Position numbers and translations under genes: made by a program. This document shows, one piece after another, positions 41,448-51,293 of a stretch of DNA of 64,000 bases (its first letter is position 1; each line of letters opens with the position of its first letter). Origin of the DNA: Alphaproteobacteria bacterium (lineage in GTDB: Bacteria > Pseudomonadota > Alphaproteobacteria > CALMVH01). The stretch spans positions 139,051-203,050 of the forward strand of contig CBDAQZ010000001.1 of assembly GCA_965199335.1 (NCBI GenBank), in the 5' to 3' direction. The notes below the pieces were generated by a model. It saw nothing but the letters and a program-made list of their open reading frames with translations. It did not search any database and was not told the DNA's origin.

Positions 41448-42439
41448 GTCGACCGCTGCTCCCGCTCGTTCTGTTCGCGGTGTCTGCGCTCGTAGGCCTG
41501 CACGATACGCATCACCAGCGGATGACGCACCACGTCGGTGTCGCAGAACTGCATGATGCCGACGCCGTCGGTGCCGTCCAGAATGTCCAGCGCGTCGCTC
41601 AGGCCCGACATCTGGCCATAGGGTAGGTCGATCTGGGTCAGGTCGCCGGTGACGACCATGCGGCTGTTCTCGCCCAGGCGGGTCAGAACCATCTTCATCT
41701 GTACCGGCGTCGTGTTCTGCGCCTCGTCCAGCAATACGAAGGCGTTCGACAGGGTGCGGCCGCGCATGAAGGCCAGCGGCGCGACCTCGATCAGGCCCTG
41801 GGTCATTCGTTTCTCGACGATCTCGCCCGGCATCAGGTCGGCCAGCGCGTCGAAGATAGGGCGCAGATAGGGATCGACCTTCTCGCGCAGGTCGCCTGGC
41901 AGGAAGCCCAGCCGTTCACCGGCCTCGACCGCGGGACGCGACAGGATCAGGCGCTCGATCTGGCCGGATTGCATCATGGCCACGGCCTGCGCCACGGCAA
42001 GGAAGGTCTTGCCCGTGCCTGCCGGTCCCAGTGCGAAGACCAGGTTGTTTTCTTCCATCAGCTTGAGGTACTCGGCCTGAGCCGGGGTGCGCGGGGCGAT
42101 GGAACGGCGCTTGGTCTTCAGTTTCAGGTCGTGGACGACATTGCCGTGAGCGTGGTCGCGGTGTTCGCGCGCCATGCGGACGGCGGCGTCGACGTCGCCG
42201 CTGCTGACAGGCAGGCTGTCCTGCAAACGGTTCCAGAGCGAGATAAGGGCCATTTCGGCGGCGGTAGCCTCGCGCTGGGGGCCGGAAATCGTAAGTACGT
42301 TCCCGCGCGAAGCGACATGGACGCCAAGCTGGTGCTCGATACGGTTCAGGTTCGTGTCATGCTCGCCGTACAGCAACGGGATCAGCCTGTTGTCGGAAAA
42401 GCTGAGCTCGACCTTGTGGGGTGTCGGTTTCGCGTCCAA
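41444..42439 (-). CDS. PhoH-like ATPase (YbeZ)
   Basis: [38 protein letters not shown] and DVVRHPLV motifs. Confidence 0.95.
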   Translation of the reverse strand: MDAKPTPHKVELSFSDNRLIPLLYGEHDTNLNRIEHQLGVHVASRGNVLTISGPQREATAAEMALISLWNRLQDSLPVSSGDVDAAVRMAREHRDHAHGNVVHDLKLKTKRRSIAPRTPAQAEYLKLMEENNLVFALGPAGTGKTFLAVAQAVAMMQSGQIERLILSRPAVEAGERLGFLPGDLREKVDPYLRPIFDALADLMPGEIVEKRMTQGLIEVAPLAFMRGRTLSNAFVLLDEAQNTTPVQMKMVLTRLGENSRMVVTGDLTQIDLPYGQMSGLSDALDILDGTDGVGIMQFCDTDVVRHPLVMRIVQAYERRHREQNEREQRST

Positions 42440-42442
42440 CCG

Positions 42443-43822
42443 CTAGGCCCCGGTCACTTGCGCATGGTCTCCGGTAAGGCTGACCATAAAGCCTTCAGTG
42501 ATCTTCACAGGCACAGTATGCCCTAAAAGCTGTTCGGATAGGTTAACGTGGACCGCCTGCATCCACGGGGTGCGGCCATGCAACTGGCCGGGACGGGCCC
42601 TGCGATCCATCAGCACGGGAATTTCCCGGCCGACGAAGCTTTTGTTGAAGGCAAGCTGCTGTCCCAGGAGCAGGTTCTGCAGCGCCTGCAGGCGGGTGTC
42701 CTTCACCGTTTCCGGCACCGGGCCCATCTGGCGTGCCGCGGGCGTGCCGGGGCGGGGGCTATATTTGAAGGAATAGGATGAAGCAAAGCCGATATCGCGT
42801 ACCAGCTGCAACGTTTCCTCGAACTCGGCATCGGTTTCGCCGGGGTAGCCGACGATGAAATCGGAGCTCAGCGCGATGTCAGGGCGGGCTGCGCGCAAAC
42901 GGTCGATGATGCGGCGGTACTCGTCAGCCGTGTGCTTGCGGTTCATGATTTCCAGGATGCGATCCGAACCGCTCTGCACCGGCAAATGCAGAAAGGGCAT
43001 CAGCTGTTCGCAGGTTCCGTGCAGCGCGATCAGCTCGTCGTCCATGTCGCGCGGGTGGGAGGTCATGTAGCGCAGGCGCTCGACGCCCTCGATGTCCGCC
43101 AGCGCGCGCAACAATCCGGCCAAGTTGCAGGTTTCCCCATCCTGACCTTCGCCGTGATAGGCGTTGACGTTCTGTCCCAGCAGCGTGATTTCGCGCGCCC
43201 CGGTCGCCACCAGCGCCTTCGCCTCGGCGATGACCGCAGCAACGGGGCGGGAAAATTCGGCGCCGCGTGTGTAAGGCACGACACAGAAGCTGCAGAACTT
43301 GTCACAGCCTTCCTGCACCGACAGGAAGGCTGTGTAGCCCTGGCCCGAGGTGTAGGCGGGCAGGGAGTCGAACTTGGAGTCGGGCGGGAACTCGGTGTTG
43401 ATGATTCGTGCCGTGCCGCTTCTGGCGCTCAGCTCCGCCACCATCTCGGGCAGGCGATGATAGGATTGCGGGCCGAAGACCATGTCGACGAGCTTGGAGC
43501 GCGCCATGATCTCGGCGCCCTCCGCCTGGGCGACGCAGCCAGCGACGGCCACCATCATGCGCCCGCCCTCTTCCTGCCGCGCCTGCTTGTGCGGCTTCAG
43601 ACGGCCAAGATCGGAATAGACCTTCTCCGTTGCCTTCTCGCGGATGTGGCAGGTGTTCAGGATCGCCAGGTCTGCGCCTTCCGGTGTTTCCACGCTCTCG
43701 AAACCCAACGGCGCAAGAACGTCTGCCATCCGTTTGGAATCGTATACGTTCATCTGGCAGCCATACGTCTTGATGTATAGCTTGCGGGGCATCGTAGCGG
43801 GCAGATCCGAATCAAGCGGCAT
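42443..43822 (-). CDS. miaB: tRNA methylthiotransferase MiaB
   Basis: TYGCQMN.YDS, NTCHIREKA, GCVAQ, CDKFCSFC radical-SAM motif and a TRAM domain. Confidence 0.97.
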   Translation of the reverse strand: MPLDSDLPATMPRKLYIKTYGCQMNVYDSKRMADVLAPLGFESVETPEGADLAILNTCHIREKATEKVYSDLGRLKPHKQARQEEGGRMMVAVAGCVAQAEGAEIMARSKLVDMVFGPQSYHRLPEMVAELSARSGTARIINTEFPPDSKFDSLPAYTSGQGYTAFLSVQEGCDKFCSFCVVPYTRGAEFSRPVAAVIAEAKALVATGAREITLLGQNVNAYHGEGQDGETCNLAGLLRALADIEGVERLRYMTSHPRDMDDELIALHGTCEQLMPFLHLPVQSGSDRILEIMNRKHTADEYRRIIDRLRAARPDIALSSDFIVGYPGETDAEFEETLQLVRDIGFASSYSFKYSPRPGTPAARQMGPVPETVKDTRLQALQNLLLGQQLAFNKSFVGREIPVLMDRRARPGQLHGRTPWMQAVHVNLSEQLLGHTVPVKITEGFMVSLTGDHAQVTGA

Positions 43823-44696
43823 CGGAAACGATCTCTGAGTCCAGCTTCGCCGAAGGGCGGCGCGACAGCAGCGAACGGCGGCGTCTTTTATCGTAATTGC
43901 CGCAAACCGCCTCGGAAACCCCATCGGACACGGCACGCCAGCAATGCTCGGCGACGGCCTTGCGTGAGCCCAGCTGCGCCACGGTGACGGGATCGTGGAA
44001 ATGCACGGCAACGGTGATCCGGCCAAGCGCCAGGAGCCGCCATAGATGGGGGACCAGCGGCATGTCGCCGTACCAGGAATAGATCGGCCGCAGGAAGCGC
44101 CCGGTCGGCATGCCGTCGAGAGCGACGCAGGTGATGGAAACCGGTTGCACGGTCAGCGGCTGTTCCTTGCCGTCCCTGTCCAGGGTACGTAGATCGGTGA
44201 CGCTGAACAGGGCGGTCTTGAACGGCAGGGTACGGTTGCCGTCGGACGAGGTTCCTTCGGGAAACAGGATCAGGTTGTCATGCTTGCCCAGGCGGCTGCG
44301 GATATCCTCGCTGTGCGCGGCCGCATGCGTCGGTTTGCGGTCGATGAAGATGGTGCGCTGCAGCTTGGCCAGCATGCCGAAAAAGGGCCATGAGGCGATT
44401 TCCGCCTTGGCGATGAAACTGCCGGTCAGAATCGAACCCAGCACCGGAATATCGAGATACGAAGAGTGGTTGGCGACATACAATGTCGGCCGGGTCTTGC
44501 TCCGCTTGCCGGTGATGACGACCTGGATGCCCAGAATGCGCATGCAAAAATGATGATAGCGCCGGGGAAAGCTGTTCATCAGTGGCATGTGGAAGGCCAG
44601 CGCCAGCGCCTGTACGGCACAGGCCGGCAGAGTGATCGCTATATAGAGCAGTACGCGCGGCAAGGCGCGTAGGGATGAACCTAGTTCGTTGTCCAT
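43812..44696 (-). CDS. olsA: Lyso-ornithine lipid / 1-acyl-G3P acyltransferase (OlsA/PlsC)
   Basis: NHSSYLD, FIDR and FPEGT motifs; directly downstream of olsB. Confidence 0.8.
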   Translation of the reverse strand: MDNELGSSLRALPRVLLYIAITLPACAVQALALAFHMPLMNSFPRRYHHFCMRILGIQVVITGKRSKTRPTLYVANHSSYLDIPVLGSILTGSFIAKAEIASWPFFGMLAKLQRTIFIDRKPTHAAAHSEDIRSRLGKHDNLILFPEGTSSDGNRTLPFKTALFSVTDLRTLDRDGKEQPLTVQPVSITCVALDGMPTGRFLRPIYSWYGDMPLVPHLWRLLALGRITVAVHFHDPVTVAQLGSRKAVAEHCWRAVSDGVSEAVCGNYDKRRRRSLLSRRPSAKLDSEIVSDAA

Positions 44697-44708
44697 GGGC
44701 TTGCGGCT

Positions 44709-45566
44709 TCAGCTTTCCAGGACGTGCGCGTAAGGCGGCGCGCGCACCGTAAGCTCGTAATGACGGGCATATTTCTTGGCAATCAGGTCGCTTTTGACGA
44801 TGACGCAGACGTCGGTCGAACCCCATTGCCGATCGACCACGGCGCCGTCGCCGACAAAGCCGCCGACACGCAAATAACCCTTTACGAGAGGCGGCAGTTC
44901 GCCGAGCGCCTGCTTGATGTCGATGTCCTGGGGCTCGATCAGCCGCATGTCGACATAGCGCGACGGCAGAGCGACGGTGCGCAACGCCGGAGGCGCGAGA
45001 TGGAAGTAATAGAGGTAGGACAGCATCAGGCGCAGCTTGTCCGGATCGGTGCCGGGCAGGCTGGCGCAACCGAACATCAGCTGAATCTGGTGGTGGTTGA
45101 TGTAATCGGCAATTCCGCGCCACAGCAGGAACATCGTATTTGCGTTGCGGTAAGGTTCGTCGATGCACGACCGGCCCAGTTCCAGGATCTCGCCGGGATA
45201 GTCGATCAGCGCATCGATATTGTATTCGGCCGCGGAATAGAACGAACCATGCTGGTCGGCCATGCTGCGCCGTATCAGACGATAAGTGCCGACAACGTTC
45301 TGGCCTGCGGGCTTGGCGTGGTCGATGACAAGCAGATGGTCGCAGAACGGGTCCATCGAATCAAAATCGCGCTTGGTACGCTTCATGGCCAACGATGGCT
45401 GGGCCGACATTTCGTCATAAAAAACGCGATACCGCAGAGCCTGTGCGGCTTCTATATCGGCATCGTTGCGAGCCAGACGTACTTCCAGATCCCCGAAACG
45501 TTGCCGGGGAGGGGAACCGTCGCTGGAGTCGCCGGCGGCAACGGTAAGCTTACGTGCAGCGGTCAT
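44709..45566 (-). CDS. olsB: Ornithine N-acyltransferase (GNAT) OlsB
   Basis: AQALRYRVFY.EM, CDHLLV, VGTYRL, ELGRSC, FGCAS and LPPL.KGYLR.G motifs. Confidence 0.9.
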   Translation of the reverse strand: MTAARKLTVAAGDSSDGSPPRQRFGDLEVRLARNDADIEAAQALRYRVFYDEMSAQPSLAMKRTKRDFDSMDPFCDHLLVIDHAKPAGQNVVGTYRLIRRSMADQHGSFYSAAEYNIDALIDYPGEILELGRSCIDEPYRNANTMFLLWRGIADYINHHQIQLMFGCASLPGTDPDKLRLMLSYLYYFHLAPPALRTVALPSRYVDMRLIEPQDIDIKQALGELPPLVKGYLRVGGFVGDGAVVDRQWGSTDVCVIVKSDLIAKKYARHYELTVRAPPYAHVLES

Positions 45567-45658
45567 GAGGCAATTTGGGATGACACCAGGGCATTATCCG
45601 ACGCGGTAGTGATTTTCACGATCATAATACCGCGCCGAACATGCGTGCGCTAGAAAAA

Positions 45659-46075
45659 TTACTCTTCGCGACCGCGCGTGCCCAAGCCGATTTGCTTGGC
45701 AAGCTTGCTGCGCTGCTTGGCGTAATTGGGCGCGACCATCGGGTAATCCGAAGGCAGGCTCCAGCGTTCGCGATATTCCTCGGGGGTGAGGTTGTATGAG
45801 GTCTTCAGGTGACGCTTGAGCATTTTCAGTTTCTTGCCATCTTCTAGACAGATGATGAAATCGGGTGTCACCGACTTCTTGATCGAAACAGCCGGCTGCG
45901 GCTTTTCGGGGACAACCGCAACCGGCGTTCCCGTCGATACATGCGCCAGAGTCTTGTAGACCTGCTCTATAAGACTAGAGAGATCCGACAAAGCCACTGT
46001 ATTATTTGACACATGGGCAGATACGATATCTGTCGTTAAGGATAAAAGATCTTGCCCGGCCGCGTCATTTTCCAT
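45659..46075 (-). CDS. mucR: MucR/Ros-family transcriptional regulator
   Basis: IVSAHVSNN, PAV.IKKSV, ICLEDGKK.KMLKRHL, YPMVAPNY and IGLG motifs; AT-rich upstream region. Confidence 0.95.
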   Translation of the reverse strand: MENDAAGQDLLSLTTDIVSAHVSNNTVALSDLSSLIEQVYKTLAHVSTGTPVAVVPEKPQPAVSIKKSVTPDFIICLEDGKKLKMLKRHLKTSYNLTPEEYRERWSLPSDYPMVAPNYAKQRSKLAKQIGLGTRGREE

Positions 46076-46267
46076 CGAACTGTACTCCACTTAGACTATA
46101 CTCGTTACATGTGTGCTGTCGCAGTGAAGTCAACAGACTATTTTCAATAATGCAATATGCTTTTTGAAGATTTTTATATTTTTTGACTAGAAGCCACGAT
46201 TAACCAATATACATAAATAAAGCGCGGCTATTAAGCATTAAACTTAACATGGCGCCGATACATCGCT

Positions 46268-46723
46268 TTATAGTGGCTGTTCGCTTGACTTCACCAGAAT
46301 GAAAGCATCAACGGGTCCATCTACGCCGACATAATAGCCACTGCGGTCTCCAACTATGTTAAAACCCGTGTTTTGATAAAGCGCAAGAGCATCCTTGTTG
46401 TCATGAGCGACTTCCAGAGCAATGCGAACGATTTTCTTTTGTTCCAGCTCTTGTATCGAGGACAGTAATAATGCCTTGCCGATACCGGTGCGCCGCATCG
46501 CAGGTAACACACCGAAAGTCAGGATTTCAGCTTCGTCGCTAGCGGCGCGGTATAGGATCAGGCCTGTTATTTCGCCCTTCGCCAGAGCCACAAATCCTTC
46601 GGCTCCGCTGTTCAGGAGTGCCTCGAAACCATGGGATGGCCAGGGATCGCTTTCGAAACACAGCCGGTGCAGCTCTGCTGCAGCCTGCGAATCGGCGAGG
46701 GTGAAGGGCCGGATTTCAACCAC
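46268..46723 (-). CDS. rimI: RimI-like GNAT acetyltransferase
   Basis: DEAEILT, RR.GIG..LL, LEV...N..A..LY...GF and R.GYY; follows tsaB. Confidence 0.85.
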   Translation of the reverse strand: MVEIRPFTLADSQAAAELHRLCFESDPWPSHGFEALLNSGAEGFVALAKGEITGLILYRAASDEAEILTFGVLPAMRRTGIGKALLLSSIQELEQKKIVRIALEVAHDNKDALALYQNTGFNIVGDRSGYYVGVDGPVDAFILVKSSEQPL

Positions 46724-47378
46724 CGGTCACCTTTGCATCCGGCGGCCTGATATAAAGCGGCAAGGGTGCGGATGCGGGCGGTCCCCGGCTCAGGGACTCG
46801 GCGCCCAGCCTTGCCAATGCAAGCATATCCGGTCCCGGGCGCTGGTCGACGATCGTTAGATGAGGCAACAGCGCGGCCAGGTGGACGCAGCCATCGCCGC
46901 ACAGCAGGACAGTCTGGCCGCCAAGCGTCCGAACGATATCGACAGGCAGGTCGCAGGCGGGCGGGCTGACCATTTCACCGTTTTCGGTCATGATCGACCA
47001 ATATAATTCCGCCCGCCTCGATTCTACGACCACCGCTCGATTCCTGCCGCCTCCAGGGGATATTCCGGCGTTGAAGGCGGCAAAACTGTCGATGCCGATT
47101 GCCGGTACATCCGTGGCCAGGGTAATTCCATGCGCCGCCGCAAGGCCGACCCGCAGGCCGGTAAACGAACCGGGACCGGTCGTGACCACCAGTCCCGCCA
47201 GGTCGCCCAAGGCCAGGCCGCCTTCCGCCATGACTTCGCGTATCATGGGCAGCAGCCGTTCCGATTGCCCCCGGGCCTGCGGCTCGGTACGTTCGTGCGC
47301 GCGGCTGGATGTCAGCAACGCGACAGCGCATTGCTGCGCCGTGGTATCGAAGGCAAGTATGGGTAGACATGTCGACAT
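46716..47378 (-). CDS. tsaB: tRNA threonylcarbamoyladenosine biosynthesis protein TsaB
   Basis: ILAFDT, E.LLPMI, GPGSFTGLRVG and P.PLYIR.PDA motifs. Confidence 0.94.
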   Translation of the reverse strand: MSTCLPILAFDTTAQQCAVALLTSSRAHERTEPQARGQSERLLPMIREVMAEGGLALGDLAGLVVTTGPGSFTGLRVGLAAAHGITLATDVPAIGIDSFAAFNAGISPGGGRNRAVVVESRRAELYWSIMTENGEMVSPPACDLPVDIVRTLGGQTVLLCGDGCVHLAALLPHLTIVDQRPGPDMLALARLGAESLSRGPPASAPLPLYIRPPDAKVTGG

Positions 47379-47399
47379 GGTTTTGAGGGTTCTATCCAA

Positions 47400-48431
47400 G
47401 TGATCGGTCGCTGCATACAGCGCTTTGCTGTCATCCTGCCGATGCTTGCCGGCTTTGCCGCGCCGGTTCGGGCGGAAGGCTACGCCACCGTGTTCGCCTA
47501 TTTCCAGATCGGGCGCGACGACGATCCCTCGGCAAACCTGCGGATCGAGCAGTTTCAGGCGCAGCTGGACCTGTTGCACGGCGAATCGTTCACCGTCATG
47601 CCGCTGCACGCCATCATTGCCGGGTTCGAGCCAGGCAACCGTTTGCCCGACCGCGCCGTGGGGCTGACTTTCGACGATGCCAACCGTTCGGTGGCCGAGA
47701 ATGCACTGCCGCTGCTGCGCAAGGCGGCCATGACCGCGACCATTTTCGTCGACCCTGCGCGAGCGGATGCCGGTGGCGCGTATATGAACTGGAACGAACT
47801 GCGCCGCGCCGCGCGGGACGGGTTCGCGATCGGCGCCAAGATCGACCCCGACATTGTCGAGGACGACACGGACGTAAAACTGCTGGCGGCGATAAACGAG
47901 GCGCTGGTTCGTATCCACGACCAGATCGGCGTCGATCCGGAATTCTTCGCCTATGCCGATGGCATCGCCGACAAACCGATGCGTGGGCTGGTGCAAAGCC
48001 GCGGATTCAAGGCGGCGTTTGCGTTGCAATCGGGACCGGCCTCGGACAAGTCGGATCGCTTCGAGCTGCCGCGCTTTCCGATGACGGAGGCTTTCGGGAC
48101 GCTGGACCGCTTTCGCGTCGCCGCCAGCTCGCTACCGATGGAGGCGACCGACATCCTGCCGCGGGACTCGACCGTGTCCGGCCCGAACCCGCCGCAGATC
48201 GGTTTCACGATCGTATCGGACGATGTCGATATGACCCAGCTTGCATGTTTTACCGAGGATCAGGGCAAGACGCCGCTGAACGTGCTGGGAAACCGCGCCG
48301 AGCTAAGGCCGGTTGCCGCTTTCGATCAGGACGATACCACCCGCGTCAACTGCACCGCGCCTGCCCATGGCGCCAATGCCGGCCGCTGGCACTGGCAGGG
48401 GTTCAACTTCTTCGTGCCGGGCGGTCGTTAG
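47400..48431 (+). CDS. Exported polysaccharide deacetylase (CE4)-like protein with degenerate metal motif
   Basis: Signal peptide, LTFDD, ATIFV, MNW.EL, FAY..G, LPRF and C-terminal RVNCT...GRW.W.G. Confidence 0.8.
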   Translation: MIGRCIQRFAVILPMLAGFAAPVRAEGYATVFAYFQIGRDDDPSANLRIEQFQAQLDLLHGESFTVMPLHAIIAGFEPGNRLPDRAVGLTFDDANRSVAENALPLLRKAAMTATIFVDPARADAGGAYMNWNELRRAARDGFAIGAKIDPDIVEDDTDVKLLAAINEALVRIHDQIGVDPEFFAYADGIADKPMRGLVQSRGFKAAFALQSGPASDKSDRFELPRFPMTEAFGTLDRFRVAASSLPMEATDILPRDSTVSGPNPPQIGFTIVSDDVDMTQLACFTEDQGKTPLNVLGNRAELRPVAAFDQDDTTRVNCTAPAHGANAGRWHWQGFNFFVPGGR

Positions 48432-49663
48432 ACGATAGGCTCGAGGGAGCCGAGCGAACGATTGTAGCTTTCCGGCAGGCGCCAGACGCAGAAGAGAGCA
48501 AGAACGAAGATCACGCCGCCGATCGTCATCAATCCGTTTGTCAGCCCCAGAACCGGTTTGAGGGACAACAGGGCTAGGTTCATCAGGACGACCATGGCAC
48601 GCGAGAAATTCAGGTTGGATGTCGAGGCCGTGGCCCGAAGCTGGGTCGGAAACTGCTCTACCAAGATCGTGGCGCTGATCGCCCACAGATTGAACAGGCC
48701 GAGCGTCATGCAAAGCGCATAAAACTGTATCGCGCTCAGGTTCAGTTTTTGAACGAACACCATGGCGATCAGGCAGGTGCCGGCGATGAAAAGGCCTGCG
48801 ACCAGCCTGCGGCTTTTGAATACGCCGCTAAGCCACGCCGCAAGAAAATCCCCCACCACCGCAGCCGAAAAATAAACGGCCAGGGCAACGTTCGCCTTGA
48901 TGGCTCCCGTTACGCCGCACGATTTACCGATTTCGGGGCTGAGCGTGATCAATATCCCCGTCACGAAGAAATTCGAGCCCAGTAGCGGAATGCAGAGGAG
49001 ATACTTCCTGAAATTGCCGGAATTGCCTATCAGGTCATGCAACGACCCGCGTCTGGCACCGGCTTGCGCAGTCTCGACAAACAGGCCCGATTCGAAAAGA
49101 AGCCCGCGCAAGGTCAGCAGAAGGAGTCCAATTCCACCGCCGATAAAGCAGCTCATCCGCCATGACACGAATTCCAGGCTCATGCCGGCGGCGACAATTC
49201 CCAGCAATCCCAGCACGGTGAAGAACGTCAGCGCATAGGTCCGTCGGGCGGCCGCGATCGTTTCGGCGACCAGCGTTGCGCCGAGGCCGACTTCTCCGGC
49301 AACGCCGAAACCGGTGATGAAGCGCACGATGCCGTAAGAAACTGTATCGTGTACGAGGCCGGTCGCCACCATGCCGATGGAGTATACCAGGATAGAGCCG
49401 AGCAGACCCTTCTTGCGGCCGCTCTTGTCGCCCAGACTCCCCCAGAAAAAGCTGCCGATCAGGGCGCCGAGGATCTGGCAGTTCAAGATAAGGATACCGG
49501 TGCGCGTCAGGGCATCGCCGGTCAGCCCCAGCTCCGTCAGGCTGACCACACGCATGCTGTTGTAAAGGAAGAAATCGAACGTATCGACGAAGTAGCCGAG
49601 CCCGGCGACCAGGACGGTAAGGTTCAGAGCCGTCCTGTAGATGTCGCCCGGGCCGCTCTTCAT
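48428..49663 (-). CDS. MFS transporter
   Basis: GYFVD..D, G.LGDK.GRK, RF.TG.G.AGE.G and EQFPT.LRATA motifs; about 12 TMs. Confidence 0.92.
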   Translation of the reverse strand: MKSGPGDIYRTALNLTVLVAGLGYFVDTFDFFLYNSMRVVSLTELGLTGDALTRTGILILNCQILGALIGSFFWGSLGDKSGRKKGLLGSILVYSIGMVATGLVHDTVSYGIVRFITGFGVAGEVGLGATLVAETIAAARRTYALTFFTVLGLLGIVAAGMSLEFVSWRMSCFIGGGIGLLLLTLRGLLFESGLFVETAQAGARRGSLHDLIGNSGNFRKYLLCIPLLGSNFFVTGILITLSPEIGKSCGVTGAIKANVALAVYFSAAVVGDFLAAWLSGVFKSRRLVAGLFIAGTCLIAMVFVQKLNLSAIQFYALCMTLGLFNLWAISATILVEQFPTQLRATASTSNLNFSRAMVVLMNLALLSLKPVLGLTNGLMTIGGVIFVLALFCVWRLPESYNRSLGSLEPIV

Positions 49664-49675
49664 GTCTTGCGCAAC

Positions 49676-50230
49676 CTATGCAGCGACGGCGCGGACTTCG
49701 GTCACTTCCGGTATGTAGTGGCGCAGCAGGTTCTCGATACCGCCCTTCAGCGTCGCGGTGGAGCTGGGGCAGCCCGAGCACGCACCCTGCATGTGCAGGT
49801 AGACGACGCCGTTCTCGAAACCCTGATAGACGATGTCGCCGCCATCCTGCGCCACGGTGGGACGCACGCGGGTGTCCAGCAGCTTCTTGATGTGGGCCAC
49901 GATTTCGCTATCGGGCTCTGCGGGGCCGGCTTCCGGCGATCCGGCCTCGTCCATCGCAGGCATACCGGAGGTGAAGTGATCCATGATCGCGCCGAGTAGC
50001 GAAGGCTTCAGCACATCCCAATCCCGGCTTTCGTCCTTGGTGACGCTGACGAAATCGGTCGCCAGGAACACGGCGGTCACGCCGGGAATTTCGAACAGGC
50101 GACGCCCCAGCGGCGAGCGGGCGGCGGCATCGGAATCGGTGAAATTGGCAGTGCCCGAGGTCAGGACGGCACGGCCGGGCAGGAACTTCAGGGTCGCCGG
50201 GTTGGGTGTCGGCTCGGTCATGATGAACAT
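49676..50230 (-). CDS. Nfu/NifU-family Fe-S carrier
   Basis: MFI.TE.TPNPATLKF, VRP.VAQDGGDI and GACSGCPSS motifs. Confidence 0.95.
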   Translation of the reverse strand: MFIMTEPTPNPATLKFLPGRAVLTSGTANFTDSDAAARSPLGRRLFEIPGVTAVFLATDFVSVTKDESRDWDVLKPSLLGAIMDHFTSGMPAMDEAGSPEAGPAEPDSEIVAHIKKLLDTRVRPTVAQDGGDIVYQGFENGVVYLHMQGACSGCPSSTATLKGGIENLLRHYIPEVTEVRAVAA

Positions 50231-50283
50231 CGCAATCTCCTCAAATGTACCTGTTAATTAGGCTTGCGACGGCCCGATTGCAA

Positions 50284-51276
50284 CTAGAACCCAACCATGC
50301 GCTTGACGTCGCCTATCGTCTTGGCGGCAATTTCGCTGGCGCGTTCGGTGCCGCGCGCCAGGATGCGCTCGATCTCCGCAGGCTCGGCCAGCAGCCGGTT
50401 CATGCGGGTAGTGATCGGCGAAAGCGATTCGACCGCCACCTCGGCCAGGCGATTCTTGAAGGTCGAGAATGTCGCGCCGGCAAACTCGCTTAATGCGGCC
50501 TCCCGGGTCCTTCGTTGCAGGGCGGCATAGATCGTCACCAGATTGTCCGCCTCGGGCCGTTTCTCCAGCGCTTCGATCGTTTCGGGGAAAACAGGTTCGG
50601 AATCGGTTTTCGCCTTGCGGATCTTCTGCGCGATGGTGTCGGCGTCGTCGGTCAGGTTGATACGGCTCCAGTCGGACGGGTCCGACTTGCTCATCTTCTT
50701 CGTGCCGTCGCGCAGGCTCATGATGCGTGTCGCCTCGCCCATGATCATGGGCTCGGGCGCCGGAAAGAATTCGGTCTCGTAGCGACGGTTGAACGCCTGC
50801 GCTATGTCGCGCATCAGCTCGACATGCTGTTTCTGGTCGTCGCCGACCGGGACATGCGTCCCCTTGTACAGCAATACGTCGGCAGCCATCAGGACGGGAT
50901 AGGAATACAGCCCCCAGCCGGTGGTATCCTTGTTCTTGCCGGCGGCATCCTTGAACTGCGTCATGCGGTTCAGCCAGCCCAGCGGCGTCGGGCACCCCAG
51001 TATCCAGGCAAGCTCGGCATGCGCGGGGACGGTGGACTGGGCGAAGATGATCGACCGTTCGGGATCGATGCCGGCGGCAACATAGCTGGCGACCAGTTCG
51101 CGCACCTTGGCGCGCAGATCGGCCGGGTCCTGCGGCACGGTGATCGCGTGCATGTCGGCGATGAAAAACAGATTGTTCTGCTTGTCCTGCAGATCGACCC
51201 AGTTACGCAGCGCGCCGAGGTAATTGCCAAGGTTCAGGGTGTTGGTCGGCTTGATGCCGGAAACGATCAGGGACAT
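50284..51276 (-). CDS. trpS: Tryptophan--tRNA ligase
   Basis: SGIKPT..L.LGNY.GA, YPVLMAAD, VPVGDDQKQH and KMSKS motifs. Confidence 0.96.
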   Translation of the reverse strand: MSLIVSGIKPTNTLNLGNYLGALRNWVDLQDKQNNLFFIADMHAITVPQDPADLRAKVRELVASYVAAGIDPERSIIFAQSTVPAHAELAWILGCPTPLGWLNRMTQFKDAAGKNKDTTGWGLYSYPVLMAADVLLYKGTHVPVGDDQKQHVELMRDIAQAFNRRYETEFFPAPEPMIMGEATRIMSLRDGTKKMSKSDPSDWSRINLTDDADTIAQKIRKAKTDSEPVFPETIEALEKRPEADNLVTIYAALQRRTREAALSEFAGATFSTFKNRLAEVAVESLSPITTRMNRLLAEPAEIERILARGTERASEIAAKTIGDVKRMVGF

Positions 51277-51293
51277 GGCCTAGGAATAACCGC

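Noticed and set aside
46091-46267. AT-rich tract upstream of mucR as foreign DNA or an ncRNA
   Set aside because: AT-rich promoters are usual for mucR/ros; TTAA spacing does not fit a CtrA box and no stable structure is seen.
51220-51245. TrpRS HIGH motif reads NLGN
   Set aside because: The first position of this motif varies among TrpRS enzymes (for example TIGN); the other motifs are intact.
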